A stretch of DNA of 64,000 bases from Dehalococcoidia bacterium (GTDB taxonomy: Bacteria; Chloroflexota; Dehalococcoidia; Plut-88900), in NCBI GenBank assembly GCA_965207225.1, contig CBDBLV010000004.1:512001-576000 (forward strand). The letters run 5' to 3'. A program made the translations under genes and the position numbers. The notes beneath the pieces were generated by a model. It searched no databases and was not told the DNA's origin. It was given only the letters and a program-made list of their open reading frames with translations. Below, piece after piece: positions 1 to 10,052 of this stretch (within the stretch, counting starts at the first letter, position 1; every line of letters starts with the position of its first letter).

Positions 1-340
<340 letters not shown>

Positions 341-474
341 GGGAGTAACTCTCCCGCCCACAGGGTGCGGAGACAGCTCCTAGGTCGGTCTCTCCGGCTA
401 GCCCGGAGAGCTTTATCCTCCCACTGGGAGGACCCGGCTTCCTTCCACTATTGAGTTGCTAAGGCGACAGGAAA

Positions 475-510
475 AGACGGGCCGGAATATCCGGCCCGTC
501 TCTCTTTATT
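475..510 (+). terminator. Intrinsic terminator after the 16S gene
   Basis: AGACGGGCCGG-aatat-CCGGCCCGTCT 11-bp stem followed by ctctttatt. Confidence 0.8.
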
Positions 511-553
511 AGCCACAGTCACCGTGTGATAGACTGATTTGCAGGAGGCCGAT

Positions 554-766
554 ATGCAAAGCATTGAAGTTGTCTTGTATAAAGAAAATGAGGTGTGGGT
601 GGCACAGGCATTAAACGTTGATGTTTCGTCTTTTGGAGACACCCGCGAAGAGGCCCGCTCTGCCATTCAAGAGGCTTTGGAACTGTATTTCGAAGACGCG
701 GAAAGCGCAGACGTTATCGAAGTCTCCGACGTGAAGTTAGAGACGGTCAGCGTTGCCGTCTTATAG
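554..766 (+). CDS. hicB: Short HicB-like antitoxin
   Basis: SD GGAGG at 544-548. Protein has the HicB pattern WVAQAL..VSSFGDTREEARSAIQEALELY and overlaps hicA. Confidence 0.85.
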   Translation: MQSIEVVLYKENEVWVAQALNVDVSSFGDTREEARSAIQEALELYFEDAESADVIEVSDVKLETVSVAVL

Positions 767-983
767 CAACCTCGAAGTAGTGCGGGCATTGGAGCGTTTA
801 GGATTTCGGAAAGTGTCCCAGCGAGGAAGCCACCTCAAAATGAGGCTGAAAACCCCAGAAATAACCAGGGCAGTTATCGTAAAGATGGGTGCCAAAGATG
901 TGCCACCGGGCACAATGGCTTCAATCCTTCGTCAGGCAGGGCTTAGCCGGGAAGAATTCCGGGCTGCGGTTAGAGGCGATTAG
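753..983 (+). CDS. hicA: HicA family toxin (mRNA interferase)
   Basis: EVVRALERLGF..VSQRGSH..GTMASILRQAGL, the HicA signature with the GSH catalytic His. TTG start. Confidence 0.9.
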   Translation: MPSYSNLEVVRALERLGFRKVSQRGSHLKMRLKTPEITRAVIVKMGAKDVPPGTMASILRQAGLSREEFRAAVRGD

Positions 984-1001
984 GCAGGGGTCCTAAACTC
1001 C

Positions 1002-3059
1002 CTACCCCTCCAAAGACTCCGCCAATATCTCCACCAGGTCCTTCGCCTCCAGCTTCCCTTCCTGTTCCTTCACCCGGATCCCGTCCTCGAACATCTGCAG
1101 ACAGAACGGGCACGACGTCCCCACCACCTCCGCCCCCGTATCCAGCGCATGCTCCGTCCTCACGTGGTTGATCCTCTTCCCCTTGGACGACTCCTCGATC
1201 CACATATGACCGCCCCCCGCCCCGCAGCAGAACCCCCGACTCCGGTTCCTCGCCATCTCCAGAGTCTTGATCCCCGGGATCTTCTTCATCATTCTTCGAG
1301 GCTCTTCATAGACTCCGTTGTGCCGACCCAGGTAGCACGAATCATGGTAGGCGACCTTCTTGTCGATAGGCTTCTTCGCCTTTATCTTGCCCTGCTCCAT
1401 CAGCTGGTCGATGAACTGATTATGGTGCAGCACCTCGAACTCGCCCCCGAACTGCGGATACTCGTTTTTCAGCGTGTTGAAGCAGTGCGGGCATGCCGTG
1501 ACTATTCGGTTGATGCCGTGCTTCTTTAGCGTCTCGATGTTCTGCTCCGCCATCAGCTGGAACAGGTACTCGTTCCCCATTCGCCGTGCCGGGTCCCCGT
1601 TACACGTCTCCTCATCCCCAAGGATCGAGAAGTTCACCCCTGCCGTATTCATCACCGACGCCAATGATTTGGCTATCCCCTGGCTCCTCTCCTCCAGCGC
1701 AGGCGTACACCCGACCCAGAACAGCACGTCGGGGTGGGGATTATCTGAGATCAGCTTGACGTCCACGCCCTCCGTCCAGTCAGTCCGAGTGAACTTTGTG
1801 CCGGACCAGGGATGGCCTCGTGTCTCCATGCTTCGGAGGGCGGCCTGGCCGGTCTCGGGCATCTTGCCTTCTTCCAGCACCAGGTGCCGGCGCATGTCTA
1901 CTATGCTGTCTATGTGCTCGATGGCCACCGGGCATTCCTGCTCGCAGGCGCCGCAGGTAACGCAGTCCCAGATCGCCTCCTCGGACACGGCATGCCCGAT
2001 GACCGGTATCGACGAACCGTTCCCGTTCTCACCCTCGGCCTTGATAACCCCAGGCCCGACTTCAAGCAGGTGGTCCTTTATCCCCTCCACCACGTGCATC
2101 GGCGAAAGCACCTTGCCCGTCAGGTTAGCAGGGCAAGCGTCCGAGCATCGACCGCACACCGCACAGGCGTAGCCGTCCAGCAGCTCTTTCCATGTGAACT
2201 CGTTGACCAGGTTAGCCCCGAAGCTCTCCGCAGTCTCGATGTCCTTGATCGGGTGAAGGGTGCCTCTCGGGTTTACGTCGTGGAGGAATGCGTTGATTGG
2301 CGCCCCGATCATGTGCATGTGCTTGGAGAACGGAATGTACATGCTGAAGCCGATAATCAACGCCAGGTGAGCCCACCAGAAGATCCCGTGTAAGGTGTTC
2401 ACCACCCCGAAGCTCGCCCCGTCGAACAGCTTCCCGAGCAGTGTCCCTACCGGCGAGGCCGCATGCGGGCTCACTTCCGCCACCGCATCCTGGTTGACCA
2501 TTGCGTTATAGAAACCTTCAACCAGGAATGTGAGAATCATCAGGTTGGCTATTGCCGCGACGATGATTACTGCATCCGAACTCCGGGTCAGGTCGAAGCT
2601 CAACCGCCTTGGCTTCGCCAGCCACCGCCGCACCAGCGCCCAGGTAAGAGCCGTCAGAATCGCAAGCCCAAGGGCGTCCAACACGAACACGTATACCTTG
2701 ACCCCGGTGTCGGTCAGTATCGTCTCGGAGATGTGCGGGTTAATCGAGTCCAGGAACACGAAGAGCACGTAGCTCAGCGCGAAGCACAGGAATCCCCAGA
2801 ACACGAAAACGTGCCCGAGCCCGGCTTTGTCCTTCAACGATACCCTCTGGAGTACCTTCCTCTGGCCCAGCACCACCACCAGGGCGTTCATGCTTCTCTG
2901 GATCGGGTGGTCGAACCGGTTCTCCTTCTTACCCAGCATCACCAGGCGGAACACACGGGTGTAGACCACGTAGCCCGCAAACCCGAACCCAAGCACCGCA
3001 AATGCGAACACTCCGATCCAGAGCGGTATGAATCCAAAAATCTCGCCTGGTGGCACCAT
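1002..3059 (-). CDS. Membrane-bound Fe-S oxidoreductase, FadF/HdrD/GlpC-like (TM domain, 2x[4Fe-4S], CCG domains)
   Basis: N-terminal TM helices with ..PFSKHMH.., CAVCGRCSDACP, CVTCGACEQECP, TACPHC, YHDSCYLGR, FCCGAGGG, SCPFC. ATG at 3059 with AGGAGA SD. Confidence 0.85.
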   Translation of the reverse strand: MVPPGEIFGFIPLWIGVFAFAVLGFGFAGYVVYTRVFRLVMLGKKENRFDHPIQRSMNALVVVLGQRKVLQRVSLKDKAGLGHVFVFWGFLCFALSYVLFVFLDSINPHISETILTDTGVKVYVFVLDALGLAILTALTWALVRRWLAKPRRLSFDLTRSSDAVIIVAAIANLMILTFLVEGFYNAMVNQDAVAEVSPHAASPVGTLLGKLFDGASFGVVNTLHGIFWWAHLALIIGFSMYIPFSKHMHMIGAPINAFLHDVNPRGTLHPIKDIETAESFGANLVNEFTWKELLDGYACAVCGRCSDACPANLTGKVLSPMHVVEGIKDHLLEVGPGVIKAEGENGNGSSIPVIGHAVSEEAIWDCVTCGACEQECPVAIEHIDSIVDMRRHLVLEEGKMPETGQAALRSMETRGHPWSGTKFTRTDWTEGVDVKLISDNPHPDVLFWVGCTPALEERSQGIAKSLASVMNTAGVNFSILGDEETCNGDPARRMGNEYLFQLMAEQNIETLKKHGINRIVTACPHCFNTLKNEYPQFGGEFEVLHHNQFIDQLMEQGKIKAKKPIDKKVAYHDSCYLGRHNGVYEEPRRMMKKIPGIKTLEMARNRSRGFCCGAGGGHMWIEESSKGKRINHVRTEHALDTGAEVVGTSCPFCLQMFEDGIRVKEQEGKLEAKDLVEILAESLEG

Positions 3060-3194
3060 ATTTTTCGTGTCTCCTGAGGGGGAATTTACGAACGGAAACC
3101 GGGCCGCGAGTGTAGCACGCCCCAAACTCCGCCAACAAGCGAAGGGGCCGCACATGGCGGCCCCTTCTTGACTATCTTTCTTCTCGGAATATCC

Positions 3195-4079
3195 CTAAAC
3201 CCCAGCCTTCCTCTTCGCCTTCTCCTCCACTGGCGCAGTCGACACCAGGTGCCTCTGCATCTCCATCTCCTTCGGGCTGAACCCGAGCGCCAGCCCGACC
3301 AGCTGCGGCAGATGCAGCACAGGCAGGTTTATCTTCTTACCCTTGTGCTGTTCCGCCCGACTCTGCGTCCCGTCCAACTCCAGGTGGCAGAGTGGACAGG
3401 GGGTTACCATCGCGTCGGCGCCCTTGTCCTTTGCCTCCAGCGTGTGAGTCCCGCACATCTCCAGGCTGTTCCGCTCGTTGGGGTACAGGATCGGGAACCC
3501 ACAGCACTTCCCTTTGCCCTTTGTCGCGACAACATTGCCACCGAGAGCCTTGATGGCGTTCTCTAGCGACACCTTCCGGCTCTCCTTGCCCTTCGGCACT
3601 ACCACCTCCGGTGGACGCCGCAGATAGCAGCCGTAGAAGGCAGCGACATTGAGCTCCTCGAGGGGGTTCACCACCATCTCCTGCAGCTTGTCCAGCCCAT
3701 AGTCCTCGTCCAGGACCCACAGGAAGTGCTTTACATCCGTGGTGCCTCTGTATTCAAGGCCTTCCTCCGCCAGGTACTCCCGGTTGATCCTGTCCCGGTA
3801 CTCGGGATCGTTGACCAACCGATGGTTAGCCTGCATCAGGCAGCCCTGGCAGGTGCTGCAGATCGTCATTATCGGTAGGCCCATAGCCTCGGCTTTAGCC
3901 AGCGTCCGGGCGTTGATCGGGTCTGAAACCTCCCTGCTCAGCACCCCTGCCCCCGTACACCCGACATCCTTCATCTCGAACAGCTCGATCCCAAGCTTTT
4001 CGGCTACCTTTATCGCCGCCGGGTACAGCTCGGGGCAGCCGCCTTTTGCTACACAGCCCGGGTAAAATGCGTATCTCAT
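3195..4079 (-). CDS. HdrB/SdhE-like CCG-domain subunit
   Basis: MRYAFYPGC.., [38 protein letters not shown]. The ATG overlaps the sdhB-like stop (ATGA). Confidence 0.85.
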   Translation of the reverse strand: MRYAFYPGCVAKGGCPELYPAAIKVAEKLGIELFEMKDVGCTGAGVLSREVSDPINARTLAKAEAMGLPIMTICSTCQGCLMQANHRLVNDPEYRDRINREYLAEEGLEYRGTTDVKHFLWVLDEDYGLDKLQEMVVNPLEELNVAAFYGCYLRRPPEVVVPKGKESRKVSLENAIKALGGNVVATKGKGKCCGFPILYPNERNSLEMCGTHTLEAKDKGADAMVTPCPLCHLELDGTQSRAEQHKGKKINLPVLHLPQLVGLALGFSPKEMEMQRHLVSTAPVEEKAKRKAGV

Positions 4080-5032
4080 TTGCTGCCTTTCTCCCACGTT
4101 TCGAATATCCTCTTGATGTGCTTGGCGCCCGGCCTCTTCTTGTGCAGATATGGCAGAGGCGCTTTGCGATGCGCCATCGCCTTGGCCGCCGTAGGCACCA
4201 GGTGCATCAGCCCTCCGATATTGGTCAGACCCTCGCTCTCGATGGCGAGCCGGGCCTCGTCCAGCCACCCGCTCGACTTTATCGACTTAGCAAAGCTGTC
4301 GTTGTGTCGCACCACCCGCGGAGTCCCGATGCCCCTCTTTATCGCCTCGTCCCTCAACGACAGAATCCTGTCCGTCGGGTCGATGCCCTTGGGGCAGTGC
4401 TCCGTCGCCTCGAAGCAGTGGACGCAGTCCCACATCCCCCTCTTCTCGCTCAGCTCCGAAAGCCGTCTTTCGATCACCTTGTCCCGGGGATCAGCCACCG
4501 GCTTGAACGCCCTCGTCAGCGCCGCCGGCCCGAGGAACGTCTTGTCGATGACCAGCACCGTGCATCCCTCGTCGCACATCCCGCACAACGTGCAGCTGGA
4601 GGCCTCCTGTAGTTCCTTGATCTTCTCCTGGGAGACTATGTGTTCCTCCGCAGGCCCGGGCGGCGAAGGCTCGATCCAGGGCTTCGTGGTTGCATACTTG
4701 TCGAACAGGAACTCTTCCTGGTCGTAGATCAGGTCCTTCACTTCCTTTACAAGCCTGGGCGGATCGAGCGTGATCTCTCCATCCACCTGGGCCTTGGAGA
4801 CCGGCATTCTGCACGCCCACTTCGCCTTGCCGTTAACCCTCATCGTGCAATCGCCGCAGAAGCCCGTCCGGCACGAGCCCCGGAACGACAAAGTCGCGTC
4901 CTGCTCATCTCGCACCTGGATCAAGGCATCCAGCACCGTGCTCTGCTCCTCCACCTCTACGGAGTAGGTCTGCCGGCTCCCGTCCCCGTTCGACACGGGA
5001 TCGTAGCGTCTTACATTCAGATTCACCTGCAT
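4076..5032 (-). CDS. Succinate dehydrogenase/fumarate reductase Fe-S subunit-like
   Basis: [2Fe-2S] motif [35 protein letters not shown], plus a C-terminal extension as in HdrB-anchored complexes. Confidence 0.85.
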   Translation of the reverse strand: MQVNLNVRRYDPVSNGDGSRQTYSVEVEEQSTVLDALIQVRDEQDATLSFRGSCRTGFCGDCTMRVNGKAKWACRMPVSKAQVDGEITLDPPRLVKEVKDLIYDQEEFLFDKYATTKPWIEPSPPGPAEEHIVSQEKIKELQEASSCTLCGMCDEGCTVLVIDKTFLGPAALTRAFKPVADPRDKVIERRLSELSEKRGMWDCVHCFEATEHCPKGIDPTDRILSLRDEAIKRGIGTPRVVRHNDSFAKSIKSSGWLDEARLAIESEGLTNIGGLMHLVPTAAKAMAHRKAPLPYLHKKRPGAKHIKRIFETWEKGSK

Positions 5033-6655
5033 CTAGCTGCTCCCTTCCGGCTGCCATCTGGTGACCGTTACGGGTTCATAGTCCAGTTTAACCCCGTCGC
5101 CCGAACCCCGGGCCACGGTATGCTTAAGCCAGTTCTCATCGTCCCTGTTCGGGAAGTCCGTCCGGGAGTGCGAACCCCTGCTTTCTTCCCGCGCCAGCGC
5201 CGAGGCTACAATAACCCCGGCCACGTCCAGCATGTTCCCCAGCTCGATTATCGAGCCGATCTCCGTGCTGTATCCTGTAGCTGGCCCCTGCACCCCAACC
5301 GCATCGCACCTTTCCCTCAACTCCGACAGTTTCGCTGCCGCCGCATCCAGCCCCGAGCCGTCCCTGTATATGCCCGCGTTTTCCTGCATCAGGGAGGCCA
5401 GCTCCCCCCTGATAACGCCTGCGCTATCGCTGCCCTTCCCCCGGGCCGCAATTGCCGCGACCTTCCTCTCCTCATCCGCCTGGTGGGATGCCAGGTCGGG
5501 TGCAGGCCCCACAGACCCAGCGTGCCCCGCCGCCGACTCCCCCGCTCTCCGGCCAACCACTACGCTCTCCAGAAGCGAGTTGCCGCCCAGCCGGTTCGCC
5601 CCGTTCAGCCCCGAGTTCGCACACTCACCGGCAGCATACAACCCCGCCACCTCCGTCGAGCCTGAACCGTCGGTCTTTATCCCGCCGATGGGCCGGTGCA
5701 TCACCGGCCTTACCGGGACCGGGTCCTTGCTTATGTCAATGCCGGCTAGGTCCTTTATCAGCGCCCGGGTCTCGGCCAGCCGCCCCGAGTCAACACTCGT
5801 GAAGTCAAGAGATACATCCCCGTTTACAAGCTCTTTTGCCACAGCCTGCGACACCACGTCGGAGCTTGCTAGGGAGTCGACCTGTGAACTATTAGATCCC
5901 ACCAGCACCGCCCCCTCTCCCCGTGCTGCTGCGGTTATCAAGACTCCATTCGGGGCCAAAGCAGTGGGTGCGAATTGCACCATCTCCATGTCCCTCAAAG
6001 CCGCTCCCGCTCGATACGCCATAGCCACCCCGTCGCCCGTGGAAGCCGTGGATGCCGTGTTGTCCCGGTACATTCGACCCATTCCACCCGTCGCCAGCAC
6101 CACCGCCCCCGACGAATACGCGACCAGCGAACCATCCCTCAGGCTTCGCGCAAACACCCCCTGGCAGGACCCGTCATCCATCATGATCAATGACACCGCC
6201 GAGCAGTCGTGGTGTACGGGTATCTGCACCCTCAAGACCTGTTCGTAGAGCGTCTGCAGGACGTTGTGGCCCGTGGCGTCACCGCAGTAGCAGGTGCGTG
6301 CCTCGGAAGACGCCGGGAACTTTATCTGGTCTATTCTCCCGTCGCCGTTCCGGTCGAATGGCACGCCCATGTGCTCCAGGCCAATGACCCTGGCAGCCGC
6401 CTCCTGGCAGATGCTTTCAACCACATCCTGGTCGGACAGGTAGGCGCCCGCCTTGACCGTATCCAGCCCGTGCGACTCCCAAGCATCCGCCCCCCTCAGC
6501 CCCGCATTTATCCCACTCTGCGCCCCCGACGAATGACTGCGCAACGGGTGCTGCTTGGTAACTATGCAAACGCTCGCCCCCTGCTCCCGGGCCGACAGGG
6601 CGGCGCTCATACCGGCGAAGCCTCCGCCAACTACTACTACGTCATATCGAGGCAA
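5033..6655 (-). CDS. SdhA/FrdA-family flavoprotein with a divergent active site
   Basis: GGGFAG FAD motif, RSHS..AQSG, LATGG, TGDG, GANRLGGNSL, REESRGSHSRTDFP. Probable TTG start at 6655 with CAGGAGG SD (alternative ATG at 6691). Confidence 0.85.
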   Translation of the reverse strand: MPRYDVVVVGGGFAGMSAALSAREQGASVCIVTKQHPLRSHSSGAQSGINAGLRGADAWESHGLDTVKAGAYLSDQDVVESICQEAAARVIGLEHMGVPFDRNGDGRIDQIKFPASSEARTCYCGDATGHNVLQTLYEQVLRVQIPVHHDCSAVSLIMMDDGSCQGVFARSLRDGSLVAYSSGAVVLATGGMGRMYRDNTASTASTGDGVAMAYRAGAALRDMEMVQFAPTALAPNGVLITAAARGEGAVLVGSNSSQVDSLASSDVVSQAVAKELVNGDVSLDFTSVDSGRLAETRALIKDLAGIDISKDPVPVRPVMHRPIGGIKTDGSGSTEVAGLYAAGECANSGLNGANRLGGNSLLESVVVGRRAGESAAGHAGSVGPAPDLASHQADEERKVAAIAARGKGSDSAGVIRGELASLMQENAGIYRDGSGLDAAAAKLSELRERCDAVGVQGPATGYSTEIGSIIELGNMLDVAGVIVASALAREESRGSHSRTDFPNRDDENWLKHTVARGSGDGVKLDYEPVTVTRWQPEGSS

Positions 6656-6711
6656 TGGCTCCTCCTGTAAGGGAAAATGCGGCGGTTTCATTCAGGGGTG
6701 ACCGCGCGGGG

Positions 6712-6741
6712 ATTATATTTAATGGCTGGGCTGGGTGTCAA
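6712..6741 (-). promoter_or_regulatory. Sigma70-type promoter for the sdh-like operon
   Basis: Perfect TTGACA-N18-TATAAT on the minus strand. Confidence 0.7.
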
Positions 6742-6812
6742 AAGCCTCAGGCATGATTTGCTCGTGATATCATATCTCCGGTTCCCGTCATCCCCGCTGG
6801 AGGTTAATTAAC

Positions 6813-8093
6813 ATGGTCTTGGGCTGGCTTACGGTGGAGGAGGCCTTGGAGAAGATCCTCGGTTACGTCAAGAGGCTGAGCGTCGAGGAGAAACCCCTCC
6901 TGGACTCCCTCGGACAGGTCCTGGCGGAAGACGCAGTCTCAGAATTCTCCATACCTCCCCGCGACAACACCGCAATGGACGGATACGCCGTCCGCTGGGA
7001 CGACATCCGGTCCGCCTCCTTCGACTCCCCGGTAGACCTAAAGGTCATCGAAGAGCTCCCCGCCGGCAAGATCGCAGTCAAGGCCGTTTCCGAAGGCGTT
7101 GCCATCAGGATTATGACCGGCGCCCCTATGCCCGATGGCGCCGACACCATAGTCCCCTTTGAAGACACCGACGAACTGGACCGTAATCCAAAACCCGGAC
7201 CCGGTGGTGTTGATGAGATTGGTATCCGTAAGGCATGGAAGATTGGCTCAAATATCCGCCGCGCCGGAGAAGACGTGGTTCCCGGAACAGTCATCATAAA
7301 GGCAGGCACTGTCCTACGTCCCGCCGAGATCGGAGTCCTTGCCTCCCTCGGAATGCCTACGGTCAAGGTCTATCGCAAGCCCGTTATCTCCGTTCTAGCC
7401 ACCGGGGACGAGCTCTTGGAAGTGGGAGAGGCCCTCGCCCCCGGCAAGATCTACAACAGCAACAACTACAGCGTCGCAGGCCTCGTGCTGCGATACGGCG
7501 GCATCCCCAAGGTCCTCGGTATCGCCCGGGACAACATGGACTCCCTCCAGGCCAAGATAGCCGAAGGCGTGGACGCCGATATGGTGATCACCTCCGCGGG
7601 AGTCTCCAAGGGTGACTATGACATCGTGAAGGACGTCCTCGCCCAGGAGGGCGAAATAGCCTTCTGGATGGTCAAAATGAAGCCCGCCCGGCCCCTCGCC
7701 TTTGGCCTCCTGAAGACCCGCGACACCTCGGGCCGCATGCGGGAGGTGCCCCACCTCGGACTTCCCGGCAACCCCGTAAGCTCCATGATCGCTTTCGAGC
7801 AGTTCGGGCGTCCTGCCTTGCTTAAAATGCAGGGCAAGAAAGACCTCGCCAAGCCCACCATAGAAGCCGTGATGGAGGACTCCATAGTCAACACTGACGG
7901 CCGACGCATTTTCGCCCGAGCCGTCGTCACCAAGCGCAACGGCCAATACTACGCCCGCACTACCGGGCCCCAGGGCTCCGGCATCCTGACTTCCATGTCT
8001 CTGGCCAACGGCCTCGCCATCGTCCCCGAGGATGTGGCCGCCGTCAGCGCGGGTGACTTTGTCCAGGTCCAGATGCTCGACTGGGGAGCCTAG
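6813..8093 (+). CDS. moeA: Molybdopterin molybdotransferase
   Basis: NTAMDGYA, RIMTGAPMPDGAD, ATGDEL, GVSKGDYD, GLPGNPVS, QGSGILTSMSLANG. GGAGG SD. Confidence 0.95.
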   Translation: MVLGWLTVEEALEKILGYVKRLSVEEKPLLDSLGQVLAEDAVSEFSIPPRDNTAMDGYAVRWDDIRSASFDSPVDLKVIEELPAGKIAVKAVSEGVAIRIMTGAPMPDGADTIVPFEDTDELDRNPKPGPGGVDEIGIRKAWKIGSNIRRAGEDVVPGTVIIKAGTVLRPAEIGVLASLGMPTVKVYRKPVISVLATGDELLEVGEALAPGKIYNSNNYSVAGLVLRYGGIPKVLGIARDNMDSLQAKIAEGVDADMVITSAGVSKGDYDIVKDVLAQEGEIAFWMVKMKPARPLAFGLLKTRDTSGRMREVPHLGLPGNPVSSMIAFEQFGRPALLKMQGKKDLAKPTIEAVMEDSIVNTDGRRIFARAVVTKRNGQYYARTTGPQGSGILTSMSLANGLAIVPEDVAAVSAGDFVQVQMLDWGA

Positions 8094-8103
8094 CCCCGAC
8101 GCC

Positions 8104-8385
8104 TCAGTCCACCCTGAACCCGATATACTGCTCCTCCGCATCGGACCAGCATGCCTCCACTGCCTCTACCTTGGCAGCCGGTGGGCCTATGTGAAGACGC
8201 TCCAAAAGACGTTCCAACTCCACTCTTGGCCCCTCCGCAACAACCTCCACGGAACTGCCGTCGACCCGATTGTACGCGTATCCCGTCAGTCCGCGTGAGA
8301 TGGCTTCGTTCTGCACAAAATACCTGAAGTAGACTCCCTGCACCCGTCCACGGACCAGTGCGGTGACTCTGACTGCGTCACTCAT
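8104..8385 (-). CDS. acyP: Acylphosphatase
   Basis: VRGRVQGVYFR..GYAYN..DGSSVEVVAEG..GPPAAKV. Confidence 0.92.
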   Translation of the reverse strand: MSDAVRVTALVRGRVQGVYFRYFVQNEAISRGLTGYAYNRVDGSSVEVVAEGPRVELERLLERLHIGPPAAKVEAVEACWSDAEEQYIGFRVD

Positions 8386-8460
8386 GTGGTTGTCTCAAGC
8401 CAGGGAGAATCGGCAGCACAGCCTACTTCACTTTCCTTGGTCGCGACATCCCCATTCGCA

Positions 8461-8490
8461 TTGCGTGGCGAAATGTCGCAAGCCTATAAT
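8461..8490 (+). promoter_or_regulatory. Sigma70-type promoter for the channel gene
   Basis: TTGCGT-N18-TATAAT upstream of a GGAGGAG SD. Confidence 0.5.
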
Positions 8491-8515
8491 GACATCCCCC
8501 GGAGGAGAGCATTCA

Positions 8516-9103
8516 GTGAATCGACACCGCCGCAGGGACAACCAGTTCGAGCGCATTGCCCCAGACAGGCCGGGTGAGGACGTCCTGCGCCGAAGAGTCC
8601 GGTCCAATCCTCAGCTCAGGCTGAGGCCTGGTCTGCCAGGCGTCGTGAATTTCGGAAAGGTGCTCTTCACCGAGACTCCCCTGCTCCTTTCACTGTCCAT
8701 TGTAGCCTTCATGGCCGGCATCGTAGCCACCCTTATCTACTTTTTGGAAAGGACCGCCAATCCCAACGTAGGTAGTTTCGTAGATGCGCTATGGTGGGCC
8801 ATCTTCACCATGCAGACCGCCGGAAACAGCTGGAGGCCCGAGACCCTATGGGGCGGCATCGTCGGTGGAGGCTGGTCCATTATCGGCACCATCATGTTCT
8901 ATGGCGCAATTATCGCGAGCGTCACCGTCTTCTTCATACGCAGGCGGGAACGCACCGATGTGGAATTGATCACCACAATCAAGCGAAACTTGGATGACCT
9001 GGACAACCTCACGCTGGAGGAGTTGGAGCTCCTTAGAGAGTCCACCAGCAATCTGGTTGCCCTCCATATTGAACAGATCAAAATGCGCACCCCGAACAGG
9101 TGA
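8516..9103 (+). CDS. Two-TM KcsA-like ion channel with a non-canonical filter
   Basis: TM1, pore helix SFVDALWWAIFTMQTAGNSWRPETLWG, TM2, coiled-coil tail. GTG start after GGAGGAG. Confidence 0.75.
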   Translation: MNRHRRRDNQFERIAPDRPGEDVLRRRVRSNPQLRLRPGLPGVVNFGKVLFTETPLLLSLSIVAFMAGIVATLIYFLERTANPNVGSFVDALWWAIFTMQTAGNSWRPETLWGGIVGGGWSIIGTIMFYGAIIASVTVFFIRRRERTDVELITTIKRNLDDLDNLTLEELELLRESTSNLVALHIEQIKMRTPNR

Positions 9104-9143
9104 TTGACCCACTCTTCCATCCTCCGAGTTAAAATACAAAACG

Positions 9144-9578
9144 ATGATTTACAGACGTATCATGGTGGCCGTAGACGGCAACACCGCCGACGAAGAGGCC
9201 GTATCTCTCGCCTGTAGGTTCGCCCAGGAAAGCAAGGGCACGGTCTTCGTACTCTACGTCATTGAAGTTCCTCGCTCATTCCCCCTGGATGCGGAAATGG
9301 GGTTGGAGGTCCGAAAGGCAGAGGCTGTCCTTGACTACATGGAAAGCCTGGCCAAGGGCCAGCACACATCGGTACAGACCGAAGTTGTCCAGGCCCGACA
9401 CTCGGGCCTGGGCGTTGTCAAGGCAGCAGCTGATCGCAGGATCGACCTGGTGGTGATGAACACCCTCTACGAAAGAAAATACGGGGAGTTCACCCTTGGC
9501 AGCGCCGCACCATACGTCTTGGAAAACGCGAAGTGCCACGTTTGGCTCTACCGCGGCCCTATGAATGGCGCAGGTTAA
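9144..9578 (+). CDS. Universal stress protein
   Basis: YRRIMVAVDG..LYVIEVP..DLVVM..LGSAAPYVLENAKCHV. Confidence 0.88.
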   Translation: MIYRRIMVAVDGNTADEEAVSLACRFAQESKGTVFVLYVIEVPRSFPLDAEMGLEVRKAEAVLDYMESLAKGQHTSVQTEVVQARHSGLGVVKAAADRRIDLVVMNTLYERKYGEFTLGSAAPYVLENAKCHVWLYRGPMNGAG

Positions 9579-9642
9579 CCTTGCCCTATTGTCTCATCGG
9601 AGTGAGCAGTTCGACTCCGCTGGAAATCTTCGTGAGTACACA

Positions 9643-10041
9643 ATGAATATAGTAATTGTAGGATGCGGCAGGGTCGGCGGCAGGCTTGGAACTGTCCTGG
9701 ATGCTGAAGGCCACAAGGTCACGGTCATGGATATCGACGAGGACAGCTTCCGTTTCTTGGGCCCCAGCTTCCGAGGTGAAGCGTTGATCGGCGACGGCAC
9801 CGACGATGACGACCTCGTCCGAACGGACATCGACGATACCGACGTTCTCATCGCGGCAACCGAGGATGACTCTTGCAACTTGCTCGCCGCTCAGAAGGCC
9901 AAGGTCCAGTACAAGGTCCCGAAAGTCGTCTGCCGGGTCTATGACCCCGTCCAGAAAGAACTCTTTAGAGATTTAGGAGTCGAAACCGTCACCCCGACTA
10001 CAGTTACCGTGGAGCTTCTCAAGGACGCGATCGAGAGGTAG
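9643..10041 (+). CDS. TrkA-family NAD-binding (RCK_N) protein
   Basis: MNIVIVGCGRVG, GDGTD, AATEDDSCN, RVYDP. Confidence 0.88.
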   Translation: MNIVIVGCGRVGGRLGTVLDAEGHKVTVMDIDEDSFRFLGPSFRGEALIGDGTDDDDLVRTDIDDTDVLIAATEDDSCNLLAAQKAKVQYKVPKVVCRVYDPVQKELFRDLGVETVTPTTVTVELLKDAIER

Positions 10042-10052
10042 GTGCCGCCAAC

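Noticed and set aside
6692-6812. Possible Moco riboswitch upstream of moeA
   Set aside because: The spacer is short and explained by divergent promoters. No Moco-motif features were recognised.
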